From assembly GCA_033763455.1 (NCBI GenBank), contig JANRKO010000080.1:1-64000 (forward strand): 64,000 nt of DNA, given 5' to 3'. This stretch comes from Polyangiaceae bacterium. GTDB lineage: Bacteria > Myxococcota_A > Polyangia > Polyangiales > Polyangiaceae. Position numbers and translations under genes: made by a program. This document shows positions 36,882 to 48,100 of the stretch, one piece after another. Under the pieces are notes generated by a model that saw only the letters and a list, made by a program, of their open reading frames with translations, did no database searches and was not told the DNA's origin. Position 1 is the first letter of the stretch. The number at the start of each line of letters is the position of its first letter.

Positions 36882-39307
36882 TTCGCTGGGTTGGTGTGAC
36901 ATTGGTCGTCTTGTTAACTGCGCTGGTGCTGTACAAAGTGCGAGAGCACGAGGGGGATACCGAGCTCGTAGATGAGATCCTCGCTTACGAATTGGTTCCA
37001 GGTCGCGCCTTGGAGGTTCCCCTCTATTCCGACATGACCGAAGTCAACTTTACCAGTTGGATGCTCTTGCCGGATTCTTATAGCCGCGATCCCTCGCAAA
37101 GATTCGAGTATGGCGTGCAGCTCTCCCTGATCGATGCCGCAGGGCATATGCTGAGCCAGCAGGTGATTCGTTTGGTGAGTCGGGTCAGCGGAGATCCAGC
37201 TGAACCAGCTGAGCTTGGTAGATTCTCCGCTCGGCTCGTGGATGGTTCCGAACGGGTCACCGACTCACGCACCAAGGTCGTGGATACGAGTGCACTGAAC
37301 GGGCGTGGGCGTCTCCGCCTCACCACTGTGCCAGGTGAACCGGATACAGTGCTGGTGCGCTTGGCTTACCCCGAGGAAAGAAGCGAGCTCATGCAGCGGA
37401 TCGCCGCCCGAACGTTAGCCCTCGGCAAGCGTCGCCGGCTGGTTGAGCAGAGCTTCAGTCTTGGCTTTTCCGATCTGCCAGAAGAAGCACGTTTGCGCGC
37501 AGTCACGGCCTGGGGCAGACGCCTTACTGCGGCTGGGCGCGCGGATACTGATTACGTGACGAGGCGGCTCCTGCTGGGATCGCTTCGCTCCGATACTGCG
37601 CCATACCAAGCAGAGCAGGTGGGTGTTCCGCTGGGCCCACTCCACAACGCCACATTTAATCTCAAGCATAGTGTCACGTTGCGTATTGAGGCGGAGCCCG
37701 GTCGTCAATTTTCCGTACGCGAGGGGGACGCGAAGCCAAGAGAGGTGTTAGTTGGCGACAGTGGGCGAGTCGAACTGAAGGCTTCTGGTGAGGTTCCGCG
37801 TACACTCAATATCGAATCCAAGAGCAACTTGAACGCGCAGTTCAGCCTACCCGCTAGCGATTCATCGGCCCTCATTGGCGATCTTGAGCCGATGTTGAAA
37901 GGTGGCCGTCTCTGGCTATCTCCGGACGTGCGGAACGCTCGCTTCTATCGGCTGGATCCTGCTGAACCTGTCCAATTCTCGATTGCGCCTCTGCAAGCCG
38001 TTCTGAGGTTGGTGGTGCGTGGGCTCGTTTTTGACTCCACGGCGCCTAAGCCTGTGTGGGTAAGAGTATTGTGGGATGGCCAGGCTCCAGACCAAGTTCC
38101 CGAGCTACAAGCCGAGCTCCCAGTCAGTCCCACTGATGACGCAGATGGAAGTCACGTGACGGCTGAGAAGAAGGTGTTGCTGCGCCTTCCGGCCCATGTG
38201 CGAAAGGTACGCGTCGTAGGCGACGGCAGTACCGTTGTGGCGGCTTTCAGCGAAGAACCGGGAGTTGCCGAGAGTCGCATTCACCCGGCGTATGATGTGC
38301 CTCTGGCGGCCAACCAGGTGTGGCGCGCTGCCCCCTACGATATCCGGCGCTTCGCCGGCCTGCGCCCTTCCAACGAAGAAGCACTTGTTGGGGCGGCTAG
38401 AGTTGCGCGCGTAGGGTCTCAGGTTCGCATCGAATCCTTGGCGGAAGGTGTAGGCGAGCGCATTGCAGAACGCGTCCTCATTCCTCTAGCGGCACCGATG
38501 GTGCGTTCCCTTTACACACCCACTTGGGCGGCACGCGGGCGACCTTCAATGGAGGCGATCTGGAGCGTGCAGCAGGGAGAACCAACAAGCGAGCAAGTCT
38601 ACTGGGTTCCTCAGTCGGGGGAGAGAGCCGCTCGGATGCCGTTGATCTACAGGGCGGATCCACGAAGCCTTGGCGGAACACTTCGGGTCACGAGTGCTCA
38701 GAAGTCGATCGCTGAGCGCCCGCTCCTTGCTCTCGATGGTGAGCTCACGTTACGGGGCCTGCCGGCGAGCCTTCCGCTCGGTGTCTCGGGCTTGGGTGCG
38801 GGCGGCATACTTCTAATCGGTGCCGCCCCGGACGCAGGTGGCAAAGTTATAGTGCGAAGCCAGAAGGTCTTCGAGCTGACCTCCCAGCGGCCCTTGCTTT
38901 TCTCCTTTCAGGTGAAGGAAGGGGAGCTGCTGTCGGCCTGGCTCAACCTAACCTCTTTGAACAAGCGCCAAAGCTACCGAGTAAAGTACGCGATCGACCG
39001 GGGCAAGCCTCGACCCGCGCCGCAGCGCTTCTTTCGCAGGATGAGCCAATGGGAGGGTGAGCTTTTGGGTTCGACGGGAAGCAAGCTCGGCCTGATCTGG
39101 GAGGCTCCGCGAGAAGGCGAAGTTAACGCGCTGTTCTTGGATCACATCGGGCTGGCGCGCATTGAGTTGGGTGATGACTTGGCGCCCGGTGTGCATACTT
39201 TGGAGCTTCGGCTAATCGGACCGGAGCCCTTGTGGGTACGGGCCGTGCTTGCGGGGCGAGTGGCCGCCCCATCAGAAGATTTGCCTGCGCTTGCTGAGGA
39301 GGAATGA
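36878..39307 (+). CDS. Hypothetical N-terminally membrane-anchored, beta-rich protein of the cap-like operon
   Basis: Single N-terminal hydrophobic helix; ATGA overlaps with both neighbours; 809-aa ORF. Confidence 0.75.
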   Translation: MIRWVGVTLVVLLTALVLYKVREHEGDTELVDEILAYELVPGRALEVPLYSDMTEVNFTSWMLLPDSYSRDPSQRFEYGVQLSLIDAAGHMLSQQVIRLVSRVSGDPAEPAELGRFSARLVDGSERVTDSRTKVVDTSALNGRGRLRLTTVPGEPDTVLVRLAYPEERSELMQRIAARTLALGKRRRLVEQSFSLGFSDLPEEARLRAVTAWGRRLTAAGRADTDYVTRRLLLGSLRSDTAPYQAEQVGVPLGPLHNATFNLKHSVTLRIEAEPGRQFSVREGDAKPREVLVGDSGRVELKASGEVPRTLNIESKSNLNAQFSLPASDSSALIGDLEPMLKGGRLWLSPDVRNARFYRLDPAEPVQFSIAPLQAVLRLVVRGLVFDSTAPKPVWVRVLWDGQAPDQVPELQAELPVSPTDDADGSHVTAEKKVLLRLPAHVRKVRVVGDGSTVVAAFSEEPGVAESRIHPAYDVPLAANQVWRAAPYDIRRFAGLRPSNEEALVGAARVARVGSQVRIESLAEGVGERIAERVLIPLAAPMVRSLYTPTWAARGRPSMEAIWSVQQGEPTSEQVYWVPQSGERAARMPLIYRADPRSLGGTLRVTSAQKSIAERPLLALDGELTLRGLPASLPLGVSGLGAGGILLIGAAPDAGGKVIVRSQKVFELTSQRPLLFSFQVKEGELLSAWLNLTSLNKRQSYRVKYAIDRGKPRPAPQRFFRRMSQWEGELLGSTGSKLGLIWEAPREGEVNALFLDHIGLARIELGDDLAPGVHTLELRLIGPEPLWVRAVLAGRVAAPSEDLPALAEEE

Positions 39308-40326
39308 TGAATGCTTGGAAGCTTACTGCTGTGTCCTTAGCCGTCGTTCTCACCGGCTGTCGCGGTTGCGAGCCGGACAAACGTGACGAATCCACCGAGA
39401 TGACTCCGCCGCCCCCAGCTTCGTCAGCTCCGCCTGTGCCGTCTGCCACTTTAGGCGAGGAAAAGCCGCAAGCCGGCCCCCTTCCGCTACTGGAGCATTT
39501 GCGCTTCAGCCGCCGCAGCGAAGGCGTGCAGTTCGTGAATCCAACGCCTGAGGAAGGTCGAGCCTTTGTCGGTTGGGTAACGGCGGTGAGCCGAGCTGCT
39601 TGGTCGGATCGACTACCCGGCGCGGCCCCACCGGATGGCTTCGAAGGTGTGTTGACCCAGCTTGGAACGCTCTGGCTGCTGCGGGAGAAATCAGACCAGC
39701 GGCGTGGTGCGGGCGCGTACGTACTTCGGGCAAGCGCGGGGCGTCCGCTCATCCTGCAGGCGCCCCACACCTTCTTCGATGCAGGCACTCTGCCCATTGC
39801 TACGCGACTCTTCGAACGGCTGCAAGCCAAAGCCCTGTTGATCAACACCGTGCATCGATCGGGTGGCCAAGAAGGCGAAGGCGAGGAGGAAAAAGAGAAA
39901 GCCCGGAGCGGTAAGTCAGAAGCTGATGTCGCTCACAACCGTGAGAGCTTCTATTCGTTGGTTCATGAATCGTTGCTCACGGTAGATCCCACGCTGTTGG
40001 TTATTCAAATTCATGGTTTTCGAGATGCCAAAGTGCCCGGTGTCGATCTTGTGGTGAGCGCAGCAGACACGCAGGCTGATATCAGACCGATGGGGAGAAT
40101 CATGAAAGGCCTGCTGGGTGCGAACCGAGTTCGACTCTATCCCGAAGAAATTAAGCTTCTCGGTGGAACCACGAACGCTCAGGCGTTTATCAGCCGCAAA
40201 AAGCGAACCGCCTTCATTCACCTTGAGCTGTCCGCAAAGCTCCGAAAAGCGCTCGAAAAGGACGACATTTTCTTCGCAAAATTCCTCCGAGCATTTTCTC
40301 AGGCAATCCCGGAGGGCCGTCGTTGA
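39304..40326 (+). CDS. Lipoprotein with a Zn-dependent amidohydrolase fold (gamma-PGA hydrolase/N-formylglutamate amidohydrolase-like)
   Basis: Lipobox VLTGC; Pro-rich linker; QAPHTFFD, IQIHGF and FIHLELS give the His/Asp/His metal ligands and catalytic Glu arrangement of this fold. Confidence 0.65.
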   Translation: MMNAWKLTAVSLAVVLTGCRGCEPDKRDESTEMTPPPPASSAPPVPSATLGEEKPQAGPLPLLEHLRFSRRSEGVQFVNPTPEEGRAFVGWVTAVSRAAWSDRLPGAAPPDGFEGVLTQLGTLWLLREKSDQRRGAGAYVLRASAGRPLILQAPHTFFDAGTLPIATRLFERLQAKALLINTVHRSGGQEGEGEEEKEKARSGKSEADVAHNRESFYSLVHESLLTVDPTLLVIQIHGFRDAKVPGVDLVVSAADTQADIRPMGRIMKGLLGANRVRLYPEEIKLLGGTTNAQAFISRKKRTAFIHLELSAKLRKALEKDDIFFAKFLRAFSQAIPEGRR

Positions 40327-43300
40327 CGATGCGGTTGAACGCTCGTGTTGCCCGCCACCTGTTCGTGAGTTTGGTCTTTATTGTAGGCTGGCTTACGTCG
40401 CAGCGTGCGAACGCCTGGGACGCTCTCGCCTGGGGTGTGCCGCAGCAGGTGCGCGTGTTTCGCTGGGAGGATGCACGCATGCCTGCCATGCTACTGCGAA
40501 GCGTCGATCCACTGGTGGATGCCGAGCTGTTGGATCAAGAGCTTTTGCTCTCTCCAGTGAAACCGGGGCAAGAGGTGCGTATCTTTGGTGATCCGGTTGA
40601 AGTTGGCCTCGGAAGTGGTAGTCGAGACTTACCAGACGTGATCACCTGGCAAGCTCCCGGGGCGTGGTTGCGGCGAGTTGCTGCAGGTGTGCATGAGCTC
40701 AGAGTCCCCACCTATGAGAGTGCGCGTTGGGTGGTCGTGCGCTCGCCATACCCGAAAACCAGAGTACGCTTGGAGGTCGCTTTGCCGGAGGTCAGCAATA
40801 TCCTCTGGTACCGTGCAGAAGAGAATGTGTGGCGCATGCTCGAAGGCGGACCCGTGCCAACGCTTTTGGGACCTCTAGCATCGCACCAGAGCGAAATACG
40901 CTTTCTCGACGCGGCGCGCCGAGCATTCCCCGAAGGCGTGGGCAGGGAGTTCCTGCAGAGCCATTGGCTCGAATTCGCGTGGCAGGAAAGGGGATTGGGG
41001 CGACCCTACTTCGTGTCGGCACAGGTGGGCCCTGCGCCGGCGCCGGTGCCGTTGTTGCAGCAAGCGAGCGCACCATGGGTCCCGCAGCCCGATGGCTCCT
41101 GGGTCACTTCGCTGACTGAGGGGCACACCGCAGCAGTGCATTCCGATGAGGCCGAGGTCGTAACGCTCTTCGTCCGCGCCCACGCAGTAGGTCAGATCCG
41201 GATCGTCGTCCGCCAAGGCGCGGGGCTCGTCGCTGTCATGAAGCAGGACATTGCCAGGAATGCAGAAGATCCCGCGAGGCTGACTCCAGCGACAAGATTT
41301 CGGTTGCCGATGGCTCCTGGTACGCCAATTTCGATCCAAGTTCAGCGAGGAACTGCGGAGCTCAGCATTTCGGGGTACCGAGCGCGGCCAAGCATCACTG
41401 ACGGCACTCCGATACGGCAACGCACCGAGCTCCTGCGATTGGGCATGCGGGGCAAAGGGGCTTCAGCCGCAGAGCGTGTGGCGCGTGTTCTCTCTAAGCT
41501 AGCGCTGTGTCGTTGCCCAGAAGCGGTAGAGGAAGGGCAAGAGCTGCTAACCATAACAACCGGAAAGGTACGGGCGTTGGTCCTGTTTGAGCTGATCTAT
41601 CAGGGGATTGGCTTGGTGGATGTGAATGTGCTCCTGCCGCAATTTTGGAAGGCGACGGCCGGGCTCGAGGAAACTGACCGCTTAGCATTTCGGCGACAAC
41701 TCTTGCAGCGTCTCACGGAGGTCGATGCTGAGCCCCTACAGGTGGAGCATCTGGAGGATGTGGCGATTCGCTCCGGTTTTGTCGAAACCGAAGCACTGAG
41801 TGAAGACGCGTTCGCCACCGCGGCACTGGCCGAGATGATCGCCGTTCCTCGGGACGGTGCACGTCCGTGGTTCGCTGCAGCCGCAGAGGTGCGGGCGGCA
41901 GAGAGGCCCGAGCGGGCGGATCTTGTCGAGCTCGGACGTCGCTCTTGGTTTCGCACGGCGCCATGGTCGTGGATCGATCCAAGCGGCAGCGAAACGATCT
42001 CCAGGGTGCGCAATGTATATGGGGCTCGCCCCGAAGAGCTCTGCGAGAGCCAAGGAGATCGCGGCCCGCGCTGGCTCAGGCTAAGCCATACGCCAGAACC
42101 CCTCGCGATAAGAGCCGATAGTGGCACCCATGCGCGCGTGCTGCTGCGGAGCGAGGCGGAGGTTCCGGCAGCGGACACAAGCGTGCAGGTGGGCGCTACT
42201 CAGATTCATGTTCACGCGGGTATAGGCCTTTACTCAAGCATGGGGCTTGCACCCGGCACACACGAAATTCATGTCCAAAGTGGCCCGGACATCCTCGCCC
42301 AGCTTCCACTTGCCCAGCCGGTGCCGTGCGGGAGGTTGCGTGAGATTGAGCGTTGGGTTCCCATACGCCAGAGCGTGCACTTCGCGATCACCCGCGGTGA
42401 GGTGGGTACGGTCGGTAGGCTCCTTCTAGATCTAGATCAGGCCAACCCCAAATTCGGCGAAGTCGAGGTGCGTGTACAGAACGAAGTGCACCGTGCGTGG
42501 GCGCGTGCACCTGCAACAGGAGCCGTGGAGTTTCCGCTGCCGAAGGATGTTGAGGCGTTTGAGGTTCGGTCTGGCGAACCAGTCCTCGTGCGTGCTCTCC
42601 AGCGATTGCACAAGATGCCAAAGGCCCAAGCTCCGCGGGCACTTGCCAAGCTTGACGTCCCCTTGAACGAACCCGAGCTCCTGGCTCAGGTTCGGCGGAG
42701 CACGCGTGCCCTTGGCACCTCTAAGTCTGCCAAGGAGCGAGCTACCCTGCGTTTGGCTCGCGCGAAAGCTCTACAAGATCTAGGTTACTTGCGCCTCGCG
42801 GCGGTGGATCGAGTGCGCGCGAATCAGCCGGAATCCGATACGGACCGGTCGGATGCCACAGCTGAGTGGTTGCTTCTTCCTCCGGGTAGTCCACCCGTGG
42901 TGGCGTTGAACCTCTTAGCTAAAATCCCGCCCCTACCGCTGCCAATTCCAAGCAAGACACTAGAGCTCGCGTTCCGGCAACGCCAGCTGGGCGCTCCTCC
43001 GGTCGATGTTATCTCCACGTTGGGCGCGTCCGCACAGTACTCCAGTGCCGTGGACGCCTTGCTACTGGCTGTGCTTGCCGAACAGCTCGGACTGCTAGAG
43101 GTGTCGGCTTCGGCGTACGAGCGAATTGGCCACGCGCTGCGCTCGGGCCATGCGTTGGCTCACTCGGCAGAGCTGCGAGCAGATTTCGCCGAAAAAGAAC
43201 AAAGCCTCGACCAAACGATGACCGCCTACATCACGGCAAGGCAAGCCGAGGCGTCGCTCGTGCCGGCGGGGGATGTTCTAGCGCGCATGGATCGCGCGAT

Positions 43301-45152
43301 TGAGTGGGTAAACGTATCCGTTCAAGGGGCTGCGGGGGTTCGTTGGCTCGAAAACGAAGGCCGTGGCGATGGCAACACCACTCTTGGGGAACGCACGCGC
43401 AGAGCGCTGACGGACGCCCCAGCGGAAGCAACCAGCAGCGGGAAAGATCCCATTGAGATTAGCCTTTTGGGGATGAAATCGAGAAGTTTGAGAGTGCATT
43501 CCTTGTGCCACGCCAGCGATGGTCAAAACGAATACTGCAGTTTCCGCTTTGAAATAGATCATCGCCCTGTCGTTTGCGGCGCATCGCCCGTAGCCTCAAG
43601 TGCGCGGGACTTCGTTGCTCTCCCTACGGAGTGTGAACTGACGGTTCCGGAGGGGGCAGCACGCTTAAGCGTGTTTCCGCCAGCGGACCGCGACGTCTTC
43701 GGGTGGATAAACGCGCAGGAGAAGACCGTTACGGGTTTTGCACCCTTGGTTCGAGCCACTCGGTGGACGGAGATCGACGTTCCTCGACCCATGGAGTTCC
43801 AGGTGGTTGGGCCAACGGTACTCAAGATCCAGACACGTGGTTTGATCCCAGGACCGCCAAGCTTTCGTGTGGACATAGTAGAGCCCGGTGGGCAGAGCTC
43901 AGAAGCCATGGAGCCAGTGTTGTCCTCCGCGGTAGATCCGGTGTCTGTATTGAGGGATGTGGGCTCGCAGGTGACCGTGGCTGGGCGACAATACGTAACG
44001 CTCCCACTCAAGGGACAATATCGCGTTCGTCTGTCCACACCGAGCGGGCGTATTTTGGCAAAGGTCGAAGCGGCTTTTGCCAAAGGCTTTCCGCGTGCGC
44101 GGACCGAGGATCCGAAGGAGGATGCTGCACCTGTCGTGCAGAGTGGCGCGGCTCCAGGGCCTGCAGTTTGGCCGGCGATTGGGCTGGATCCGAAGCCAGG
44201 AGCACTCACGTTAACAGCATTTTCGAAGTACATCGATGACCGGCGCTTGCTCGACGAGGACGCTGTTTTACGCACGAATTACGCCGAGTTGGGTGTCGGC
44301 GCGGGGCGTGAAGTCATCGACGGAACGTTGTTGGGGGCAGTCTCCCTAGCTCGACGTTTTCGCGCCGGGAGCGACAGCACCCACGCACGTTCGAGTTGGT
44401 CACTCTCTTTGGGCAATGGCTTACCCGGTGCTTGGCTCGACACTTCCTTTACCGTCCAGCGATTGCAAGAATGGCGTTGGGGTGCGGCGCTGGGCACAGG
44501 CGTATCTTACGGCGTCCCAGTTACCGAGGACTTTAAACTGATACCCGAACTAGCGCTCGCGTTGCGGAGAGTCGATGCAGGCGCCAGAGGTAACGGTGAA
44601 GTTGATTCGGATGTCTACTCCCCTTACGGCAGAACGCGGCCCGCGACGTACGACGCCATCCTGAGCGCGTTGCACCAGCCCTGGGTCGACGCGAAAATGA
44701 GTTACCGAGCTCGCGCACGGCTTTTGCCCTCATTCCAGGGGCTCGACCGCGTCGATGGCCGAGCGCGCTTCAACGCTCTCGTTTTGCGTGATTACTTTCC
44801 TTGGCTAGGTGCGGACTTGGAACTCAGCTACCGTCCCGTTTCACCATTGCGAACGCTGAGCTTTTGGCGTGCCGAGGTTAGCCCTGGGGCGTCGTTCTGG
44901 TGTTGGACGCATGCCTCGGGTCGCTTCGTACTGAGCGGATTGTTGGCCTATTCTGAAGACTTCCCGCGCAGTAGGGGTCGCGGTCGAGAGTTGTCGGCTC
45001 AACTCGGACTTCGCTATGACATGACTTGGCTTCGCGGTCTCTCGGATTACAGCGCCGACGAGCGGCCTTTTCAAGACAGGCTTGAGGAAGGTTCAGCGCC
45101 ACCTCGTCGGGGAGTTGCTCCGCGGGATCCGAACTGGAGCGAGCCGCCGTGA
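40323..45152 (+). CDS. Large exported protein with TPR-like helices and a probable C-terminal outer-membrane beta-barrel
   Basis: Signal peptide ending ANA-W; helical TPR-like stretches; from about 44205, amphipathic strands (YAELGVGAG, WLDTSFT, LGADLELSY, LSAQLGLRY); overlaps both neighbours (start TTG 40323 or ATG 40329). Confidence 0.65.
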   Translation: MTMRLNARVARHLFVSLVFIVGWLTSQRANAWDALAWGVPQQVRVFRWEDARMPAMLLRSVDPLVDAELLDQELLLSPVKPGQEVRIFGDPVEVGLGSGSRDLPDVITWQAPGAWLRRVAAGVHELRVPTYESARWVVVRSPYPKTRVRLEVALPEVSNILWYRAEENVWRMLEGGPVPTLLGPLASHQSEIRFLDAARRAFPEGVGREFLQSHWLEFAWQERGLGRPYFVSAQVGPAPAPVPLLQQASAPWVPQPDGSWVTSLTEGHTAAVHSDEAEVVTLFVRAHAVGQIRIVVRQGAGLVAVMKQDIARNAEDPARLTPATRFRLPMAPGTPISIQVQRGTAELSISGYRARPSITDGTPIRQRTELLRLGMRGKGASAAERVARVLSKLALCRCPEAVEEGQELLTITTGKVRALVLFELIYQGIGLVDVNVLLPQFWKATAGLEETDRLAFRRQLLQRLTEVDAEPLQVEHLEDVAIRSGFVETEALSEDAFATAALAEMIAVPRDGARPWFAAAAEVRAAERPERADLVELGRRSWFRTAPWSWIDPSGSETISRVRNVYGARPEELCESQGDRGPRWLRLSHTPEPLAIRADSGTHARVLLRSEAEVPAADTSVQVGATQIHVHAGIGLYSSMGLAPGTHEIHVQSGPDILAQLPLAQPVPCGRLREIERWVPIRQSVHFAITRGEVGTVGRLLLDLDQANPKFGEVEVRVQNEVHRAWARAPATGAVEFPLPKDVEAFEVRSGEPVLVRALQRLHKMPKAQAPRALAKLDVPLNEPELLAQVRRSTRALGTSKSAKERATLRLARAKALQDLGYLRLAAVDRVRANQPESDTDRSDATAEWLLLPPGSPPVVALNLLAKIPPLPLPIPSKTLELAFRQRQLGAPPVDVISTLGASAQYSSAVDALLLAVLAEQLGLLEVSASAYERIGHALRSGHALAHSAELRADFAEKEQSLDQTMTAYITARQAEASLVPAGDVLARMDRAIEWVNVSVQGAAGVRWLENEGRGDGNTTLGERTRRALTDAPAEATSSGKDPIEISLLGMKSRSLRVHSLCHASDGQNEYCSFRFEIDHRPVVCGASPVASSARDFVALPTECELTVPEGAARLSVFPPADRDVFGWINAQEKTVTGFAPLVRATRWTEIDVPRPMEFQVVGPTVLKIQTRGLIPGPPSFRVDIVEPGGQSSEAMEPVLSSAVDPVSVLRDVGSQVTVAGRQYVTLPLKGQYRVRLSTPSGRILAKVEAAFAKGFPRARTEDPKEDAAPVVQSGAAPGPAVWPAIGLDPKPGALTLTAFSKYIDDRRLLDEDAVLRTNYAELGVGAGREVIDGTLLGAVSLARRFRAGSDSTHARSSWSLSLGNGLPGAWLDTSFTVQRLQEWRWGAALGTGVSYGVPVTEDFKLIPELALALRRVDAGARGNGEVDSDVYSPYGRTRPATYDAILSALHQPWVDAKMSYRARARLLPSFQGLDRVDGRARFNALVLRDYFPWLGADLELSYRPVSPLRTLSFWRAEVSPGASFWCWTHASGRFVLSGLLAYSEDFPRSRGRGRELSAQLGLRYDMTWLRGLSDYSADERPFQDRLEEGSAPPRRGVAPRDPNWSEPP

Positions 45153-48100
45153 GCCTGGACGCGTTAGCTGAAGATCTGGCTCGGCGCCTCACGCCGCTAT
45201 TGCCACTATTAGATGCTAGAGTGCGCCAGCCGGCGCTGTTGGCTGTCACCGGGCGCGCCGTGATGCTCAACCATGGCCACGTGGAAACCTCATCTAGGCT
45301 GCTCGTGGGTCTGGTTCGAGCCGCTGCCGAAGCTTGTTCTGCTTTGGCGCAACATAGGAAGCAACGAGAACAAATCATCCAAACGTACCATGGCAAGGAG
45401 AGCCCAGAGGAAAGGCGCCAGGTCATTACCGACGCGCTTCCGGCACTCGCATCCTCGCCCGCCCAGTTGGCCGCCGATCTAGCAGCTACGCGGCGAAACT
45501 TAGGTATCGAAGCCCTGATGGAGCGCCTACAAGAGCGCCTCTCCGATGACGTGGACCAGGTGGAAGTCGCCTACAAGGCAGCGCGCGCCGTCGTAGCGCT
45601 CATCTCAGCCGAGGCGCAGAGTCTTGCCGGACATGAAGTCGAGGCCCTTTTGGCCCTCGCATTCAAACACGTGTGCGCGAACCACCACGATGCCATATCG
45701 ATTGTGGCTTTGGAGTTTACCGAAGCACTTCTCGGTACTTTGCGAGCGAACGACCGCTTACTCGTGCTCACGCCGGATCGTTACACAGCTTTTCGCAAGC
45801 TCGCCTTAGAGCCGAACCTCAATCCATGGGTCCGCGTGGCAGCTCTGGGCGCATGTATTGTGGCGGCTCCGAAGCATGGCGTAGCGCTTCTCGAACAGGT
45901 ACTCGATGACCGAACGGGTAGGGACGCCCAGATCCTGCGACATCGGGCGGTAAAACGCCTACTCGAGGTGGAACCAGAGAGGTCGCGGCTACTCGCCCTC
46001 ATTCGGCAGATCCGAAGCGATCCGAGCGAACACGTGCGCCAAGGCCTCTGCTGGTTTCTGGCGCGAACGAACGATGGCGCACCAAATCTCGGAGCGCTGT
46101 GTCTGAGTGATCCGAGCCCGAGCGTACGTGGCTACGCGTTGCGCGAACTTTCTCGAAGTGCGGCGGCAAGCGGACAGGGCTTGGATGTCCTCTTGGCGAC
46201 GGTTCTTGAACTACTGAAGAAGGCGGCAACCGGCACGGACGCCCCCATCGTTCTGCGCGTCTTACTGGAAGAAATTACCCGGCACGCGACGGCATCGCCA
46301 CGGGCCTTTCCGCTGACGCCTTTCGTGAAGCCTCTAGAGGCGCTACTTGCGGCGACGTCAGTCGCGAGCAGCCTCAAGGCCAACGTCGCTGAGCTGCTCC
46401 TCAAGCTTGAGATATACTCGGATGCCGAGTTGTTAGATCTCTGTCGCGAGTTTGAGGCCCATCTTGAGGAGCTTGAGGAAGGGCAGAGCCGGATCGTGGA
46501 TTTGCCGAGCCAGGCTTCCGAAGAGCAGGTGGAAAAGGCTCTTATGGTGGCCGGCAGGCATGATTTGTCTATTTCCGCTCGCTGGGCAGGCTCCGGAAGT
46601 CTCGTCATTATGCGCGGTGAGCCAAGAGGCTGGCGCCTTTGGCGGACGCTTTTCGAAGTCAGAACTCCGGCACCCGATAAACGCCAGGGGTATGCTCACT
46701 CCAAAGCACGGGTTCGGTTTGGTACCATCTACATTGCTCCTCGCGGCTTGGCTGAGGTAACGCCCACGCGGGTTCCTGGTGAACGCCAATGGTACCCGGA
46801 CCTAGGCGGTTGGGGGGAATTTCTGCCGAGGGTCGATGACCTCCTGTTCGTTTCTGGCCTGAGCGCACGCGCACGGCGAATCGTCACCGCATTTGGGACG
46901 TTGGTGATCTCCCCTCCCGTAAGTTTCTACAGAAGGCTCAAGAACTACTTTCAGCTCACCTTCCATTACGAGCGCTGGAGCCAGCTGCGCGAACGATCTC
47001 TCCGAGCAAAGCAGCCGGATGAGCGGCTTCAGTTTTCTGAGCACGTTGCCTCGTTGGGGTACACTGTCCGGCTATCTAATACCGAAAGCGAAGCCTCTGG
47101 TGTAAAGTGCGATAGGCGCCCAGCTCACGCTGAGCATTACCTATCCTTGGCCCTGCCATTCTGGTTCGACGACTTGATCAACTCGGGGCTCTCGTCGTCC
47201 GGCAACAGTGCCTGGCATCTGGCGATTGTTATCTGGCTAGCATTTTGTGGAATGATCGTGCGTTCGGCATGGATTCGGCGAAATATCGAGCGGGCGCGGA
47301 GGCGCATACCCCTCAGGATCGGAGGTTGGGGTAGCCGAGGAAAGAGTGGCACCGAGCGGATCAAAGCCGCCCTGTTCCATGCCATGCGCTATGAAACAGT
47401 CGTAAAAACGACAGGCTGTGAGGCAATGTTCATTCATGCGCGGCGTGATCAGCCCGCGCGCGAGATGTTTGTCTACCGACCGTACGACAAGGCAACCATT
47501 TGGGAACAGCGCAATGTGCTTGAGACGGCTTCGCGCCTCAAGGCGCAGGTGTTCTTATGGGAGTGCATGGCCTTGCAACCTGTATTTGTGCGTCAGCTCA
47601 TGCTCGATTGGATGCAAGATAAGCTGGCTACGCTCACCAACGCCTATCCAGATCACGAAGACATCATGGGCCCCTCAGGGGAAGATGTAGCGCGGGTGAT
47701 TGCGAGCTTTATGCCCGAAAATGGCGTTGCCTTCACCGCGGAAGACCAAATGTTTCCGATCATTGCCGATTCGGCACGGCGCCGCCATACCGAGCTTCAC
47801 ACGGTGACCGACACGGATGCGCAACTCTTGCCTAAAGATCTGCTCGATCGCTTCCCCTATCAGGAGCACCCAAAGAACATCGCACTCGTTTTGGCGCTGG
47901 CTGCCCATCTCGGAGTTGAGCCTGATTGGGCCATGGTAAAGATGGCTGATTACGTTGTTCCGGATCTGGGGGTGTTGAAAACTTATCCGGAAATCGTCGT
48001 CAGAAATCGAAAGATGAAGTTCTCTAACGGCATGAGCGCCAACGAACGTGCGGGGTTTCTGTCCAACTGGCAGCGGCTTGGTTTTGATGTTTTGGACGCG

